Part shown: piece after piece, positions 61,381-64,000 of the stretch
Layout: the number at the start of each line of letters is the position of its first letter
Position numbering within the stretch: position 1 is the first letter of the stretch
NCBI RefSeq assembly: GCF_011386835.1
Contig: NC_088794.1
Location: 38,998,001-39,062,000, forward strand
Reading direction: 5' to 3'
Source: Chrysemys picta bellii
Lineage: Eukaryota
Length of the DNA: 64,000 bases
Program-made: the position numbers and the translations under genes
The notes under the pieces: model-generated
What the model was told of the DNA's origin: nothing
Database searches by the model: none
Seen by the model: the letters and a program-made list of their open reading frames with translations, nothing else

Positions 61381-63224
61381 AGTAGCTTTAAGCCAACACT
61401 TTGCATTTCAGCAGCATATACACTAACTTTTGCTATTGGAGCGGTTTACAAAGCCTTAGTATAGTTTGCAGACATCTGGGCTCAACACTATTACAAGAGA
61501 TAGGACTCCATCCTCAGCTGATGTAAATCAGCATAGTTCCATTGAAGTCAATGAACCCAGTCAGGATGCAGCCCTCCCTCTTTAGTAGTAAAGGGGAGGC
61601 ACTGACTAGCTCAGGTTGTTTTAACAGTGCCTAGCACAATGAAGCTCAGATCCCCATTTAGGCCTCTGAGCAATACAACATTGAGTGCTAATAGTTACAG
61701 AAGTTCCAGCAACTGCATTTCAGCTACCCCCCACTTACAGGGGTGGGTCTATCATCTCTTACACTGTAGAATGGAAGTAAAGGCACATCATCCAGATTTT
61801 TCAGACATGGTGTCCTAAAGTTAGCTACCTGAATCCATATTTAAGTCATGCTTTAACCCCACCTGGAAAAAAAAGAAACTCACACCTCTTTAGGAGAGTG
61901 TTCCAGGCTGCAGTACAGGTAATTGAAAAACCTCTAGGTTCAGGAAACCATGGAAACTAAGTACTGTATCCTTCTGCTTTAATGCACAAACCCCTCAATG
62001 CAGAGCATTTCTTCCCACCAGCCATACATAGGGAATCAGAACCAAGACTTTCTTCAAGATGGTCCAAGCAACAGCTAGCTGAAACCTATTTCATTCTGTG
62101 GGAAAAAAGCAGCTAGTCCATAACTTACAAAGCCTCATTAGTAATTTATAGCCATGGCATTTCCCAGTTCTTGGATGAGCAAGCACTTCCCTTTTGAGCC
62201 ACACCCTTGACTAACTCCTTATTAGAACTATGCTTTAAATCAGCCCTTAATTAACCCTCCTACATGCTGTTCTCAGTATAATCTTTGTAGTTTCCACCAA
62301 TACTCTCTGGTCTCCCTCAAGCAAGACTCCGTGGAAGTCAGTGGGAACTTTACCCTATTAAGGATTTCAGTTTCAGACCATTCGTAAGAAACACTACACA
62401 GGAAGAGTCTTGCAACTCCGTTTCACTGCCAAATGCATTTTTCCTTATACTTCCCCTTTCTAGCTGTAGAGAAAGGATAGCTGTATGTTGCAGAATTACT
62501 CTCAAGGAAATGTAGATTAATTAGCAATAAGTCTCAAAACCTGATTTTCATAAGCACAGTACCAAGAAGTTCAGCTATTTCGCCAACCCCTTGGCTCTGC
62601 AAAGTGTCCTAAGAAGAAGCTGATAAGATGTATAGCACTTCCTGTCTCTGGTTAGGCTGGAAACCCCTTGAGAACAGCCCCTCCCATTCAGCATGGCTAA
62701 TCCTGGCTGGAGCTAGAAACTGCAAAGATGCAGGGAGAGATGTGAAACAGGGAACTTGTTATATAAACCTTACCAAACCCCTCAGATTCTATATGTTGGT
62801 CTTTATTTTATTCTGAACCAGTTCAACTATCCCTCCTCTTCTGGACTAAGCAAGCAGGGGGTATTAGAGGAAGCATTCTGGAAGGCACTTTTATTCTGTA
62901 ACTGGTGACTGCAGGGGTTCTTGCACCTTCCTCAGACTCAACTAATCCTGACTATTGAATTCTGGATTAGAAGGGCCAGTGGTCTGATGCATCTAAATTA
63001 GGAATTGCTATACTGTAACTGATTTTCTGCTTGGAGATTAATTGGAGCAGGCCCTTTCCTACAGACATATCAGCTTTCTGTTATCAAAGCACATTAGTAT
63101 TTTTATTAACAAAATAAAGTGTTTGGATAGATTAGTGTAGCCCTATTTACAGATGGTGTCTATGAACTATTATTCTGCAACCAGCACTAAAAAACATACT
63201 GCACTACAGTGTATAGTAATAAAA

Positions 63225-63640
63225 TGTGAACATTTCAAGTAATTTATTTGGAATGGACACATTAATGCAAAAGCAACATTAAGACATCTGCTTAAAGACA
63301 TTCATCAAAATAAATACAAATATAGATACCACAAATAATTTAAATTGGGTTTGTTTTGCACCAATGGGCGCTGAATATTCTTTGCATCTCATAAATAGAT
63401 AAGAGTAGTTTGCAAAGCTGTGCCACTTAGAAACTTCTTGAAGCTTCACCAGAAGTCCGTTTGAAAGAGTCTTTGGTTTTTAAAATGCATCTCAGGCGAA
63501 GCTCAGGGCTCTTTGCTCAGCAGCCTCAGACTTGGAGGAAACCCAACTGTTCCCAGCCACCTTCTTTGCTTTCCTTCATTGGTACCTTGTCCCATTTCAG
63601 TCCAAGTCACTTGATCTGGTTTATCATCCAGCAGTGCATT
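63225..63640 (-). other. Candidate terminal exon of a convergent gene (possibly the non-coding last exon of PHLDA2, by mammalian synteny)
   Basis: Strong minus-strand acceptor ttttctgttgctctttttag|AATGC at 63640, and minus-strand AATAAA at 63243-63248 and 63102-63107. The identity is inferred only. Confidence 0.4.
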
Positions 63641-64000
63641 CTAAAAAGAGCAACAGAAAATAAGTCAGAAGTGGAACAATACAGCAGTATTCTTGTGGGG
63701 TAGGAGCCTAAGGGAGTTTGGCACTCATATTTAAAAATCCCAGCCTATATACAGAGTTCCTTAAAGAAGCCCCCATTAAGTGTCTGTCCACATTTCCTCA
63801 ACTAAGTGGCATAATTATTAAATTGCTCTTGCTAGTTAGTAACCATGCCCAGCATCACCCAGAGATCCCTGCTAGGTAACACTCACAAATGGGCAAAAAG
63901 CTCAGCCTCCAAAATGGAGTGCCAAGTCTACAACTCTTCAGCGTTCTCTGCTGGCCACAATGGCTTAAGGAGCAGCATTGGTGCCAGTCTAAAGGCTAGT

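Noticed and set aside
1-64000. CRISPR arrays, rRNA, true tRNA genes and prokaryote-style operons
   Set aside because: The DNA is eukaryotic. There are no regularly spaced repeat-spacer arrays, and the tRNA-like boxes all lie in SINEs or other repeats.

Overview
This is vertebrate genomic DNA, most likely a turtle, judged from tortoise Pol III/SINEs, a PsCR1-type CR1 LINE and turtle-type hAT, Harbinger and Penelope elements. The main gene is the 3' half of the MFS transporter SLC22A18 (SLC67A1) on the + strand. Six coding exons (21043-21158, 25572-25679, 33722-33822, 50477-50578, 55361-55481, 61095-61282) splice in frame to a stop followed by AATAAA. I could not find its four N-terminal coding exons in the gap-free 21 kb upstream. 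The first 1.4 kb instead holds three exon-like segments (58-120, 691-765, 1329-1392) that splice into an unrecognised C-terminal peptide. All three use phase-2 junctions, the same phase as the SLC22A18 acceptor at 21043. A probable terminal exon of a convergent gene lies near 63.2-63.6 kb. The introns are rich in transposable elements, including nested insertions with readable target-site duplications, two Penelope-derived hammerhead ribozyme motifs, three to four solo LTRs, an ~800 bp extremely GC-rich array, and many hairpin elements sharing a CCATTGAnnTCAATGG core. There is one 136-N assembly gap. Most ORFs in the supplied track are spurious. All analysis was by eye; comparisons with human SLC22A18 and repeat consensus sequences are from memory.
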